DNA of 64,000 nt from an uncultured Gammaproteobacteria bacterium (GCA_963797555.1 CAWCPV010000007.1:1-64000), one strand, 5' to 3'. Shown: positions 10,091-22,443, counted from the first letter of the stretch. The notes: a model not told the origin generated them from the letters alone. Numbers and translations: made by a program.

Positions 10091-12005
10091 ATGCTGACCC
10101 TCTCGAAACTTTCGCTGCGCCGCGGCGGCCGGCTGCTCCTGCGTGACGCCGATCTCACGGTCCACGCCGGTCAGAAGACGGGCGTCATCGGGGCGAACGG
10201 CGCGGGCAAGTCCACCCTGTTCGCCGCGATCCGCGGGGAGCTGGCGCCGGATGCAGGCGATTTGGCGTTGGCGCCAATGACGGTCATCGCCCACGTGGCC
10301 CAGGAGAACCCTACCTCGGACCGCCCAGCGCTCGACTACGTGATGGACGGCGACGCCGAGCTGCGGCATCTGCAGGCCGAGTTGGCGGGCGCCGAGGCGC
10401 GAGGCGACGGCCTGCGCCAAGCCGAGCTGCACGGCCGTTTGGAGGCCATCGGCGCCTACACGGCGGAGAGCCGGGCGGCGCGGCTCCTGCACGGCCTGGG
10501 TTTCGCCGACGAGGCGCTGAGCGCTCCGCTCGCCACCTTCTCGGGCGGCTGGCGCGTGCGCCTCAACCTGGCCCAGGCCCTCATGTGCCGCTCCGACCTG
10601 CTGCTCCTGGACGAGCCCACCAACCACCTGGACCTGGACGCCGTCCTGTGGCTGGAGGAGTGGCTGAGGGCGTACCCCGGCGCCCTGCTCCTCATCTCCC
10701 ACGACCGCGACTTCCTGGACACGGTGGTCCACCACGTCGTGCTGCTGGAACGCCAAGCGCTGAAGGTCTATGCGGGCAATTACTCGGACTTCGAGGCCCA
10801 GCGGGCGCAGGAGCTGGCCGGCCAACAGGCCGCATTCGCACGGCAGCAGCGCGAGGTGGCTCAGATCCAGCGCTTCGTCGACCGCTTCCGTGCCAAAGCG
10901 ACCAAGGCGCGCCAGGCCCAGAGCCGCCTCAAGGCCTTGGCGCGCATGGAGCTGATCGCTCCGGCTCACATCGACTCGCCCTTCCAGATCGCGTTCCCCG
11001 GCCCGGAAAAGTTGCCGTCGCCGCTGCTCCACCTGGAGCGGGCAGCAGCCGGCTACCACGGGCGGGCAGTCATCTCCAATACCGGCCTGTCCCTCCTGCC
11101 TGGAGACCGGGTCGCTCTGCTGGGTCCGAACGGCGCTGGAAAGTCCACTCTGGTCAGGCTGCTGGCGGGGGAGCTGCCGCCCCTTGCAGGCCGGCGAGAG
11201 GCCTCCGCGGATTTGCGCATCGGCTACTTCGCCCAGCACCAGCTCGAGCAGCTCGACTTGGCCGCGAGCCCCCTCATCCACCTGCGCCGACTGGATTCCG
11301 AGACCCCCGAGCAGACCTTGCGGGATTTCCTGGGCGGCTTCGGCTTCGCTGGGGACGCGGCCCTCGCTTCGGTCGCCCCCCTGTCCGGAGGGGAGAAGGC
11401 CCGGCTGGTGCTCGCGCTGCTCGTCTACCAGCGGCCGAACCTGCTGCTCCTGGACGAGCCCACCAACCATCTGGACTTGGAGATGCGCCACGCGCTCGGC
11501 CTGGCCCTCCAGGATTTCGCGGGCGCGGTGGTCCTGGTGTCCCACGACCGGCACCTGGTGCGCACTACGGCCGATACCCTCTTGCTGGTCTGCCGGCGGC
11601 ACGGTCCGGGCGTTCGACGGCGACCTCGAAGACTACGCACGCTGGCTCGCCGAGCGGCGGACCGCCGACAGGCCCGATCCCCAGAAACTCAGCGTCGAGC
11701 ACGGAGCCGCCGCCCGCAGGGATCGCCGCCGCGATGCCGCGGAGCGGCGGCGCCAGCTCCAGCCTTTACGCGCGGAGGTGCAGAGGCTCGAGGCCGAAGT
11801 GGAAGGTCTGACCGCCGAAAAGGCGCGGCTCGAGGAGCAGCTCGCGGACCCCGCCGTCTATCAGGAATCCGAAAAGCCGCGCCTCAAGCAGTTGCTCTTG
11901 GAGCAGGCGCGTACCGATCAGGCCCTCGCCGAGGCCGAGAACGCCTGGCTCGCCGCCTGCGAGGCACTGGAGGACGCGGAGCGTAGCGCTGCGGCGACGG
12001 GCTGA
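10091..12005 (+). CDS. yheS: ABC-F family ATPase (YheS-like), frameshift near 11595
   Basis: Two ABC domains (GANGAGKS, FSGGW, LLLDEPTNHLD; GPNGAGKS, LSGGEK). C-terminal FDGDLEDY and coiled coil continue in another frame. Confidence 0.85.
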
Positions 12006-12180
12006 CGCTGCATCGAAGCCCGGACAACAGGACGCTCCGCGGTGGGAACGCGTTGCGGACCACGCGGTAACCAGACCGGCCCGAGGGCCTTCGGGCCGCC
12101 AAAGCTGCGCGTTGACAGGAGGCTCGCTCATGGCTCTTTCGAGCCATCGGTTACCGTTGTCATGCAATTCAGACCGAGCT

Positions 12181-12681
12181 TCAATGCGGGTGCTCGATCT
12201 CAGGGTGAAACGATCTGACCGCCACGATGCCAAGCACGATGAAGACCGCCATCACGACGAGCTGCGTGACCAGGAATGGCGGCGCGGATTGTGTCGGCGC
12301 CAGAGTCTTCAGAACCGGCAGCTTCTCGAAAGCCTGTACGACCGCGACGAAGACATTGAAATAGAGAGCCACGACAGCGCCTGCGACGTAGATCCAGCGC
12401 CAGGCACCCGCGAGGCGAAAGACATAGAGCGCGAGGATCGCGATCGCCAGCACTAGCAGCGAAACTATGCCGACCCCCTGGGCCGGGGTGAAGCCTGCGG
12501 AGGGGAACAGGAACCCTGTCACGCTCGTCAACACCGTGGTCGCGAGAAAGAGCGCCGTCCAGCCGTGGAGTCTTTTCGCGCTGAACATGCCGAACAGGAC
12601 GATAACGCCGGAGAAGATCCCGATCAGACTCAACACAACGTGCACCAAAGTGAACGTAGAGATCGACATACCCAAGATCAT
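12181..12681 (-). CDS. Hypothetical integral membrane protein (about 5 TM)
   Basis: AGGAGG RBS and a very hydrophobic 166-aa ORF (HVVLSLIGI, TSVTGFLFP, VVQAFEK, PPF). Confidence 0.75.
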   Translation of the reverse strand: MILGMSISTFTLVHVVLSLIGIFSGVIVLFGMFSAKRLHGWTALFLATTVLTSVTGFLFPSAGFTPAQGVGIVSLLVLAIAILALYVFRLAGAWRWIYVAGAVVALYFNVFVAVVQAFEKLPVLKTLAPTQSAPPFLVTQLVVMAVFIVLGIVAVRSFHPEIEHPH

Positions 12682-12734
12682 GACACGCCTCCTTTCGAGG
12701 ACCTATGGGTGAGGGTGTTGCGAATACAGTCTAA

Positions 12735-14742
12735 CCCGACTTCGCGGATTCGCGCGGCGATTGGCCCGCTGGCCAGGGGTAAGTGATTGTTTGTGGGGAC
12801 CGTGGTGAGCCAAAAAGGGTTGAAACGCGCTGTAGTGAAGACCTTGCTTGTTTTCAAGGGGAAAAATCTGCGGATAATGATGTTCCATCATGTTTCTACG
12901 GGCCACGACGCGGAAGAAAGACGGCAAGGAGCACCGTTACTGGAGTATTGTCGAGAATAGGCGCCTGAGCGGTGGGCGCGTGCTGCAACGGCATGTGCTG
13001 TATTTGGGTGAGATCAACTCCTCGCAGGAGTTGGCGTGGCGCAAATCCATTGAGGTGTTCGAAGACGGGGCGCTGACACCGCGCACGATGTCGTTGTTTC
13101 CCGAGGAGCGATCTGAAGAGCTGTCGAGGGATGCTTCGGTGGTACGTTTGCGGCTGAAAGAATTGCGGCTGTGCCGACCGCGGCAGTGGGGTGCGTGTTG
13201 GCTGGCGCTGCAACTGTGGGAGGAATTGCAGTTAGATCGCTTCTGGTGGGAACGGTTAACGCCGAGTCGCAAGGGCACTCGGTGGGATCAGGTGTTATTC
13301 GTGCTCGTGGCCTATCGGTTGCTGGCACCGGGCAGCGAGTGGCGGTTGCACCGGGAGTGGTTTGGCCGTACGGCCTTGGCGGATTTGCTCGGAGCGGATG
13401 CGGCGCTCTCCGACAGCCACCGGCTGTATGTCTGTCACGACCGCTTGCTGGAGCACAAGGCGGCGGTCTTTGACCATCTGGTGCGGCGGTGGCGGGATCT
13501 GTTCAATGCCACCTTCGAGGTGCTGCTCTACGACCTCACGAGCACCTACTTTGAGTGTGAGCCCCCGCAGTCGGAGCAGGACAAACGACGATTCGGCCAC
13601 TCGCGCGATAAGCGCAGGGACTGTGTGCAGGTGGTGATCGCCTGGGTGGTGACCCCGGAAGGCTTGCCCTTGGCCTATGAAGTGTTGGTGGGCAATACGG
13701 CCGACAAGACGACGTTGAAGGAGTTCCTCGCGCGCATTGAGCGTCAGTACGGAAGAGCGCAGCGGATTTGGGTGATGGACCGCGGCATTCCGACCGAAGC
13801 GGTGCTGGAAGAGATGCGCGCAAGTCGCCCGCCAGTGCACTGACCTGGTGGGCACGCCCAAGGGGCGGCTCAGCAAATTGGAGAGCGCGCTGTTGCTCAA
13901 GCCGTGGCGGGAAGCGCGCCCCGGCGTAGCCGTGAAACTGTTGGCGCAGGATGGGGAGCTGTATGTGTACGCGCAAAGTGAACAGCGCGTGGCGAAGGAG
14001 CGTGCGATACGACGGCGCAAGCTGAAGTGGTTATGGGCGCGGTTGAAGAAACTCGCGACCATGCAGCTCACCCGCGAGCAGCTGCTGATGAAGCTCGGTG
14101 CGGCGCGCCAACACGGCCCGGCGGTATGGCGCTTGGTTCAACTGGAGGTCGACCCCAAGGACGCCACGTTTAGCTACCGCCTGCGCCGCGATAAGCTGCG
14201 TGAAGTGCGCCGGCGCGAAGGACGGTATCTGCTGCGCACCAATCTCACCGACACCGATCCCGCCAAGCTATGGGGGTTTTACCTGCAACTGGTGGCGGTG
14301 GAAGAAGCATTCAAGAATCTCAAGGGGGATTTGGCCATTCGGCCAATCTTTCATCAACACATCGAGCGTATCGAAGCCCATATCTTCATTGCCTTTCTTG
14401 CCTATTGTCTGCATGTCACGCTCGGGCGACGTTTGCATGCGCTCGCGCCTGGATTAACCACGCGCAGCGTGCTGGAGAAATTCGCCGCCGTGCAGATGGT
14501 CGACGCACAGGTGCCGACCACCGATGGGCGCGAATTGACGTTCACCCGCTACACCCAACCTGAGCCAGAACTGCAACTGCTCCTCGCGCAGTTGAAGCTC
14601 GAACTGCCCGCACCACCAGCTCCGAAAATCAGCACCGCCCACACTGCCTCAGCCGCCGCGATGTAGTGCAGACCTTGCCAGGCACCCTCTCGCAATTTCA
14701 ACCACTTACGCTATCCCTACCCCGCGAATCCGCGAAGTCGGG
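12735..14742 (+). mobile_element. IS1634-family insertion sequence, full length
   Basis: Perfect 20-bp terminal IRs CCCGACTTCGCGGATTCGCG / CGCGAATCCGCGAAGTCGGG, flanked by a CTAA direct repeat (12731-34 and 14743-46). Confidence 0.85.
12890..14666 (+). CDS. IS1634-family DDE transposase, one frameshift at ~13842
   Basis: MFLRATTRKKDGKEHRYWS start; YDLTSTYF, MDRG and VEEAFKNLK supply the DDE residues. Expected VHYLVGTPKG is broken by a one-base insertion. Confidence 0.85.
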
Positions 14743-14839
14743 CTAACGCCATCCATACGATTGCCGTGTGAACACGTCCGCGCTGAGCCGCCAGCCGTGG
14801 CTGAAGACTACGGGCTGTCCGCTCCCCCAGCAAGCGTCT

Positions 14840-17742
14840 TTAAGGCGAAGGAGACCGTTCCGGTGGGAGGGGTGATGCGGGGTTAGTTCCCGCGGTAAGC
14901 GCGGCCTCGGCGTCCTCCAGTTCCGGCAGGCGGCGCCAATATTCGCATTCCCCGATCAAGGCTCGGGCTCTTGCAAGCTCCGACCGGTCGCGGAACAGGT
15001 GGGCGCGGGTGAGGTGGATGTCGGCTAAGTGGAGCCGCATGTTGCCGCGGGCGGCAATCTGCTCCGCTTCCGCGAGGTCCGCCTCGGCGCCCGACGGGTC
15101 GCCCAGGCTATACCGCAGCCAGGCGCGGGTGAGGAGACCGCGCGGGATGTGATCCTGCTGAGCGGCGGCGCGCAGACCGTCCAGGGCGCAGTCGGTTTCG
15201 CGCCGGCCGGCCTGGAGCGGCTCGCCTTGCAGCAAGGCTGCATAGAGGGTGCAACGGGCCAGGGTGAGCTGGTCGAGGGCAGGGGTTAGCGCCCCAGCGC
15301 GGTTTCGTTCATACCACTGCAGCGTCTGGGCCGCCCTTGCCGTGACCTCCCCGCAGCGCCGCATAATGGCAGCATCCCCCACCGGCCCGCGCCAGAAGGC
15401 CCGCTCAGCCCCCGCCAGCAACAGGTCGCAATACCGGAAACCACGCAGCGAGTAGAGGAGCGGATGCTCGGGCTGCTGCTCCGTCTGCAGCGTCTCGGCC
15501 TCTTCAAAGAGGGCCGCGGCCGCCTCCCGCTCGCCGTGCTGGTGAAGGGCGTCCGCCAGGGTCGCGCGCCTTTCAACGCGCTGGAACGCGTCGCCGTTGC
15601 GGTTGGCGTAGGCTACCGCCTGCCCGGCAGAGTCCACAGCGGCGGTAACCCAGCCCAGGGTCAGTTGCAGCTCGCTTAGGTTGCCATAAACGGCGGCCGC
15701 TTTCTTCCAGGCATTCTGTTTCACCAGCATCTCCGCCCCATTCCGCATCGGCTCCAGGGCCTCGTCCAACCGGCCCAGGGCACGCAGGCGGAAAGCTGCC
15801 GCGTTGAGTAGCCAGGCCTGATCGGCCTCGCTCAGGCTCAGGGCTGGACGCCGCCAGGTGTCGGCGAAAAAGCAGGCCACCGCCCCCAGGTCGGTGCCGA
15901 AGGCGCCGAGATTCCGGGTGCTGTAGAAACCGCGCGGCCCCGTGCCGCGCAGGATGCGCTCCCGGTACACCTCCACGAGCGCCTCCTGCTGCATCCCCGC
16001 CAGGCAGCCATGCACGACGGCCTGGTAGAGGGGCTGCAGCCCGGCCAAGCCCTCCGGGCGGTAGGGGACGCTAGCCTTGAGCTGCTCGTACAGGCGGCGG
16101 TGGCCCTCGCGCCAGGCATCCGGTTGGCGCTCCCGCAGGGCCTGGGCCAGGTAGTCCCGCACGAGGGGGTGGGCGTCGAGGGCGGCGCCTTCCGCACCGG
16201 GGTAGACCAAGCCGCAGTCCTGCAAACGCGCGAGGGTGGTGCGCCACTGGGCCGGGCTCAGTTCGTCAGGGGCTCGATAAGTCCGGGAATGGCCGGGCGC
16301 TCCCGCAGGGCGGCGAGGCTCTCCGGGGCGGCGGGGCGATCGAAGAAACCCAGCAGGCGCAGGGCCGCCAACTCCCGGGTGCCCTGCTCACCCTCGCGGG
16401 CGAACCAAGTCTCGTAGGCGGCGATGACTTTGAAGGCGTGGCCGCCCTGGACCTCGGCATCGGCCTCCCGGAAATCCACCTGGTCGCGTTTGCGGATGTC
16501 CCCCTCGAAAGCCAGCGCCAAGTAGCGCCCCAGCAGGCTGAGGGTGAGCGCGTGGCCCTGCACCTCGCGGCTCGCCTGTTTCAGCTCCTCGTCGTCGGGT
16601 CCGATGGCTGCGGCCCCGGCCCGATTTGCGCCCAAAATGTGCAGCAGACGGGCGCCGTCTTCCTCGCTCAGGTTGCCCAGGTTTCGCCGGTGCACGCCGC
16701 CGGGGTGACCAGGACCCTGTTCGTACTCGGCGAGGTCGGTGACACGCTCGCGGCTGGTGAGCAGGCACAGACCCGGCTGGCCAGCCCCGGCGAGCTGGGT
16801 GAGCAAGGCCTTGAGGCCGGGGGCGCGCAGCTCTCCCACCAGGGTGCCCGGGGGATACTGCAGGGGCTCGATGCCGTCCAGCAGCAGGAGAGTTCGCGAG
16901 GCCCGCACCGCCTCGGCGAGCTTGCGGCCCTTGTCCCAGGGCGAGAGGGCGGGGTCGTACTGAACCCCGAACCACTCCAGGGCGTCGGCGAGAACTCCGT
17001 CCTCCGATGCCTGGCGGTCGTCCCCCGTGCCCTGGCTGTAGAAGCTCCAGGCATACACCCGCTGCGCGCCGCGCCAGCCGTCGTGCTTGAGCCGGTCCAG
17101 CCAGCGCTTGACCAGGGCGGTCTTGCCCACCCCGCCGGGGGCGGTCAGCTCCACGATGTGGGTGCAGCCCGAATCGGCCCAGGCGGCGTCCAGCCACGCC
17201 AGCTCCTCTTCGCGGCCGAGGAAGTGCACCGCGCTTTCGGGGAGGTGACTGAGGTCGATCTTTTCCGGAGGGACGGGCTGGCCGGGGATCCGGTCGGCCG
17301 GGAGCCTCTTGACCAGGTCGTGGATCACGCCGGCCAGGTCGGATAGGGCGGCTTCGGCATCGTGCTCGCTCATGCCGCTGAGCGGAACGCCGTCCTTGGG
17401 ACGCGCCTGGATGGGCTTGAGCCAGGTGATCCGCGTCCATTGGCAGGGGGAGAGAATGACCGGGATGACCCGGATGCCTTGCTGCTCGCGCCGCTGGAGC
17501 AGGGCAGGGACCTCCTGGCCGAGGATGAACCCCGAGGTGAGGAAGTGGGCGGAGACCAGCAGCAGGGCAACGTCGCATTGCGCGATCGCCTGCTCGATGG
17601 CCGGGAGCCAATCGTCGCCCGCGGCGATGCGGCGGTCGTCCCAGGTCTCCAGGCCCTCGCCGGTCAGCACGCCGAGCTGCCTGAGGACTCGGTCCTTCCA
17701 CGGCTCGTCCAGGTGGCTGTAGCTGATGAAGATGCGCGCCAC
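14840..17742 (-). CDS. TIR + STAND-type P-loop NTPase + TPR protein (NLR/Avs-like), one frameshift near 16258
   Basis: GTG with GGAGG RBS. TIR: FISYSH...WDD..IAAGDDW...LLVSAHFLTS...QEVP. Walker A APGGVGKT, Walker B LLLLDGIE, GHALTLSLLG (GxP-like). Helical TPR-like C-terminus. Confidence 0.8.
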
Positions 17743-18304
17743 GTCGCGGTTCCCCCTCCGTTCGGGCCGCACGGTCCCGGATTCCTCTGCACGCGTTCCG
17801 GGTGGTCTGAAGACCGTAGCATATTACCTCGCGCTGACAGGCAAAGGCAGGCCGAGGAGCAAGAAAAACAAGGCCCGGCACCCGAACTGGAGCCAGGATG
17901 GCGCGCCGCGGAGTCCGCGGGCTTGAGCCGGCATCCGCTGCGCCCCTTCCGGACAGCGGGACAACGTGCTCGAACCATCCGCGGGGGATCAGGACCTTGC
18001 CTTGCGTTTGCGGCTCCATCTCCACAGACGCGCACGCCAACCGGGTACGGCCTTAGCCGGCACCGCCGTCCCGGAACGCGAAGTCTACGGGCGATCGGCG
18101 ATTCCACGACGCAGCCTGCTGCCGAAGGGACACCTCTGGCGGCATGACATGGCAGCTTGCTGCCGGCTGCGCGTCGCGCGCTAAGATCCTAGTCCGACGA
18201 TGATGCTTCCGGCCCTGGCGATGCTCGCTCGCATGGGGTTCGCTAATGTTATGCTTTGCGCCGGACCACGTCAGCGCGGGAACCGCACGGGGGGTCGGTA
18301 ACCA

Positions 18305-19683
18305 GTGGATGACAGAGAGTCGGCCCGTCCCGACCTCGGGGTCGAGAAACTAGGCGTGTACCGCCGGCTGCGCACCGTCACCGTTATTACCTTCGCGGTG
18401 GTCCTGCTGGTCGCCATTCACGAGGGCTTTGTACTGTTATCGATGCCTGCGGCTGGCATCCACTCTTGGGCGCACGTCGGGTTGATCGTGGTAGCATTCG
18501 GTCTGGGTTATGGACTGCAAAGCCTGTGGCGCGCCTACGATAGGCTTCAGGATGCCCAACGTGGCGTTGCGGCCGCCTACCGGGATCTCGATCGGATCGT
18601 CGAATCCCGTACTCGATCGCTTGCCGAATCGGAGTCTCTCCTTAACTCGCTGTTTCATGCGTTCCGCGAACGAACTCTCGTGGTGGACCGAGAACTCCGC
18701 GTGGTGAACGCCAACGCCGCTGCTACGGCGTGGTTGGGCCGCGACCCGCGCGGGCTGCCATTGTCCGAAATGGTACCGTCCAGCCCCGAGGTGCAGGAGC
18801 GGCGCAGCGTGCTTGGGCTCCTCCGCTACACGTTCGCCACCGGCAAGCCACAACGTTCCCGACTGCTTTGGGACGGGCCCGACGGCAGACGGCTTCTGTC
18901 CCTGGATACCTATCCGTTGGCGGTGGAAGACGGCAGCCCAAAGCTCGTGCTGGAGGTCGCCCGCGACATTACCGAGGAGAGCCAGGCGGCCATCAAGAAT
19001 CATCATCAGGAAAAGATGGCGGCGCTGGGAGCGCTCGCCGCGGGCTTTGCCCACGATCTCGCCAACCCGCTGGCGTCGCTGACGACGGAGCTTCAGCTCC
19101 TGCAGCGCGGGCAAATTCGGGCCACACACGGGAGTCCCTGGAGACTCTGGACGCCCACATCCAGCGCATCTCCCGAGCACTGAACGAAATAGTGGATTTC
19201 GCCCGACGGCGCGGCGAGCAGATCGAAGAGGTCGCCCTGGACCAGGTGGTGCGGGACGCACTGCGCTTGACGCGTTATGATCCCCGAGCGCGCGGTGTGA
19301 GCATCGAGGCGGACGTTCCCCGTGCGCTGCCCCTCGTCAAGGCGCGAGAAGATGATCTGGTGCTCGTCCTGGTGAATCTCATCCTGAATGCTTTCGCGGC
19401 CATGCCCGACGGCGGCACGCTGTCGATTCGCGCTGAGCTGTGCAGCAACGGAGAGATCGTTCTGTCCGTGACGGACACCGGGACGGGGTTCGAGCCCGAG
19501 CTGGACCGCACCTCTCAGCCGTCGAGCACGCCCCAGAGCGTCTCGACGGGCCGCGGCTTCGGCCTCGCCATCTGTACGGATATCATGCACGCCGGAGGCG
19601 GTCGTCTGGAACTGCGCAGCGAAGCCGGCAGGGGCACAACGGCGAGTCTCGTCTTTCCTCTCGACGCTGCGCGGGGGGAGTAG
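18305..19683 (+). CDS. Membrane PAS sensor histidine kinase, frameshift near 19115
   Basis: Two TM segments, PAS-like region, H-box GFAHDLANPL, N-box NLILNA, DTGTG and GRGFGLAI. Confidence 0.8.
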
Positions 19684-19722
19684 ACGCCGCACCGAAGCGC
19701 CGCACCGCTTGGGAGTGAAGCA

Positions 19723-21109
19723 ATGACAGGGAGCGTGCTGATCGTCGAGGATGAGGCGGCGCTTCGCTGCAATCTGGGAAGATTCTTCGCGAGCCTGGGG
19801 TGCGAGGTCGCCGATGCGCCGAATGTACGCGCGGCCGAGCAGCGACTGGCCACGCGCGAGTTCGATGTGGCGCTTGTGGACATGCGTCTGCCGGACGGAG
19901 ACGGCCTGGACGTGGTGAGGCGTGTCCAGCAAGGCTCCCCTGCGACGGGCGTGCTGGTCATGACCGCTTACGCTTCGGTGGACTCGGTGGTGGAGGCTTT
20001 CCGTCTCGGGGCCCACGACTGCTTGCTGAAGCCCTTCCGACTGGAGGAGGTAGAGCAGAAAGTTGCCAACTTTCTCCGCTGCCGCCACCTCGTTCGGGAG
20101 AACTCGGCGCTCTACTGCCGCAACGTCATCCGCGAGCGCTCGGCGCTGCGCCGGGAGATCCACCGCCGGACCGACGCCTCCGGGATCATCGGCAGCAGTC
20201 GGGCCATCTCCGACTTGATGAAGCTCGTCGGCAAGGTTTCCGCCTCCCGCTGCAACGTGCTGATCACCGGTGAAAGCGGCACCGGCAAGGAGTTGATTGC
20301 GCGGGCGTTGCACCAGCTTTCTCCTCAAAGGGACGCCCCGCTGGTTCCGGTGAACGTCGCTGCCATTCCGGAAGCGTTGATCGAGAGCTGCCTGTTCGGA
20401 CATCGGCGGGGTGCGTTCACCGGCGCGGATCGTTCTCGTGAGGGCGTTTTCAGGGCCGCGTCCGAGGGCACCGTCTTGCTGGACGAGATCGGCGAGCTGC
20501 CATTGCACGTCCAGCCAAAGCTGCTCCGAGCGCTGGAGGAGAGAGAAATACTCCCGGTGGGGAGCGACCTGCCGGTGAAGGTCAACACACGAGTGATTGC
20601 CGCGACTCACCGCAACCTTGAGGACATGGTCAAAGCGGGGACCTTCCGGCAGGACCTGCTGATGCGGCTGAATGTCGTGAACATACACGTGCCCCCTCTG
20701 CGCGAGCGGGTCGAGGATATCCCGGCCCTCGCTCACCACTTCGTCGAACACCACTGTCGAGAGCTTGGCAGGCCTCCGCTCGCGATCGACGAGGCCAGCA
20801 TGCAGTGCTTGGTTTCCTACCCATGGAGGCGGGGGAACATCAGGGAGCTTTCCATCGCTATCCAGCAAGCGGTGCTGTTCTGCGACGGGGAAGTGCTGTG
20901 CCCCACTGACCTGCCCGCGAGCATCCGGGCCGAGAACGCCACCGATGCGCTCAACCTGAATCTCGCCGGTCCGACAGTTCCAGGCACACCACATCGCCAA
21001 GGTTCTGTGCAGCGTGGGCGGAGACCGCAGCTCTGCGGCCCGCACCCTCGGCATCTCCAAGGCGACCCTGTACCGCTACCTGCAGCAGCTCAAGCCGGGC
21101 GAGTCTTGA
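19723..21109 (+). CDS. Sigma54-dependent response regulator (NtrC/AtoC family), frameshift near 20970
   Basis: Receiver (LIVEDE, DMRLPDGDG), GESGTGKE, GAFTGA, LLDEIGE. HTH LGISKATLYRYL is recovered in the shifted frame. Confidence 0.85.
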
Positions 21110-21126
21110 AGGCAGGACAAGCTCGC

Positions 21127-21419
21127 TGCACTGGATTCGCCTGCGCCCGAGCAACCCGATCGAGTTGACGTTACGCCAGCGTACCGCACGCGCGAAGAAC
21201 TGCGTGACCCGGACGACTTTCCTCGGGCTGGCGTTCAAGCTCACCGAGCAGGCCGGAAAGTCCCGGCACGGAACCCGTGCCCCCGAGCAGCTCGCCGATC
21301 TGCTGAGCGGAACGGTCTTCCAAACGGCCATCGGGCGACGGACGACCCACCGGAGCGGCAACCGAATGCCGCCGGGCCACCGCGGCTGCGGCGCCATACA
21401 CCGGATTAGACAATAGCTC
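21127..21419 (+). mobile_element. IS256-family transposase C-terminal remnant with right end
   Basis: HWIRLRPSNPIE...RQRTARAKNCVTRTTFLGLAFKL; terminus ATACACCGGATTAGACAATAGCTC resembles IS256 ends. Confidence 0.65.
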
Positions 21420-21436
21420 TCGCCATTCCGCCCGGG

Positions 21437-21482
21437 GTCTCAGCATCGAGACTCAACGCTGAGCAATTCTCAACTTTGAGAC
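21437..21482. promoter_or_regulatory. Putative enhancer (UAS): three imperfect palindromes of the form CTCA-N4-TGAG
   Basis: GTCTCAgcatCGAGAC, aCTCAacgcTGAGc and TTCTCAacttTGAGAC, located 120-165 bp upstream of a sigma54 promoter. Confidence 0.55.
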
Positions 21483-21602
21483 GAGCGGATGGCGCGAATC
21501 TACTCTTCGCTGCCCACCGCAACCGGCCTTAGCACGCTCGGACCCGCATTGCGGTTGCAGGTTCACTGTTTCAATAGCTGCTAATATTCGATACTCCTTT
21601 TC

Positions 21603-21618
21603 TGGCATCGTTGTTGCT
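21603..21618 (+). promoter_or_regulatory. Sigma54 -24/-12 promoter
   Basis: TGGCAT-CGTTG-TTGCT matches TGGCAC-N5-TTGCW with exact spacing, ~100 bp before ATG 21720 and downstream of a bEBP gene. Confidence 0.8.
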
Positions 21619-21719
21619 CCAGTTTACGGCGGTTTTCCCGATGGGCGCCCGAGAGGTGCTCTCCGAGATGCCATGCATGCAGCTCAACTATTTTAGGTTT
21701 ACAAAGGAGGAGTGAGGAC

Positions 21720-22309
21720 ATGAAACACACATTCGGAAAGCAAGCCACGCGGGCCGGCATCGCACTCGCGGTGGTGGCCGCCTTCTCGGCGCTCGCGATC
21801 GGAAGCGCGCAGGCGCAGGAATTTGCCAGGGCCAATATCACCCTCGAGAACGCGGCGAAGCAGCAGGTAGCCTCAAATGTAGCTTTAGGGAGACGGGACT
21901 TACCCCCGGTTGATTTGTGAGATATGACTGCACATCGCAGTATGTCGGCGTGGTGGAGCAATGCATCTACAAGAATAGGGCCGTGGGAAACAGCCGGCTG
22001 TATATTTATAACGATATTCATCCCGAAGAGGTAGAAAACTTGGATGTCATAAACAACGGGTCGATCAGAGCGTCAATCATTACGCAAATCCCCGAACCAG
22101 GTGAAGCAAACGTGATCATCTGCACGGTACCCTCGGAGGTCGCCGTTACCGCCGTGCGGTGGTGCAACAACTCGCTGGTGGACCTGACTAACAACATCAC
22201 GGGCGCCACGGTGACGGAATTGTTCGCTCATCTAGTCAATAACGGCACCGGCAGCGTGCCGAGTTGCACCACCTTGGCGAATGGGCCGTTTACGCTGCCG
22301 GGCGAATAA
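21720..22309 (+). CDS. Secreted Cys-patterned protein, paralog 1 (frameshift ~21860, in-frame TGA at 21911)
   Basis: Signal peptide ending AQA. Reconstructed GSLKCSFRETGL...YDC...QCIYKN...VRWCNNSLVDLTN...VPSCTTLA. Confidence 0.65.
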
Positions 22310-22312
22310 GCT

Positions 22313-22340
22313 GGGCAGCGCTTTTCGTTTCCGGCGAAAC
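22313..22340 (+). repeat. Intergenic hairpin repeat, copy 1 (degenerate)
   Basis: GGGCAGCGCTTTTCGTTTCCGGCGAAAC, similar to the copies at 23092 and 23773. Confidence 0.55.
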
Positions 22341-22443
22341 GGGTGGACACGCGCCTTCAGTCGCACGGTATAGTCCCGCGAGTACTCGGTGCCTGTAACC
22401 CAACAAAATGAATCATTACCCAACCTAACGAGGAGTAAATGAC

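Noticed and set aside
21911-21946. In-frame TGA in paralog 1 followed by a hairpin (possible selenocysteine/SECIS)
   Set aside because: The TGA aligns with Ala/Ser, not Cys, in the paralogs. The hairpin loop (ACATC) lacks the G expected of a bacterial SECIS, and the gene has another frame error.
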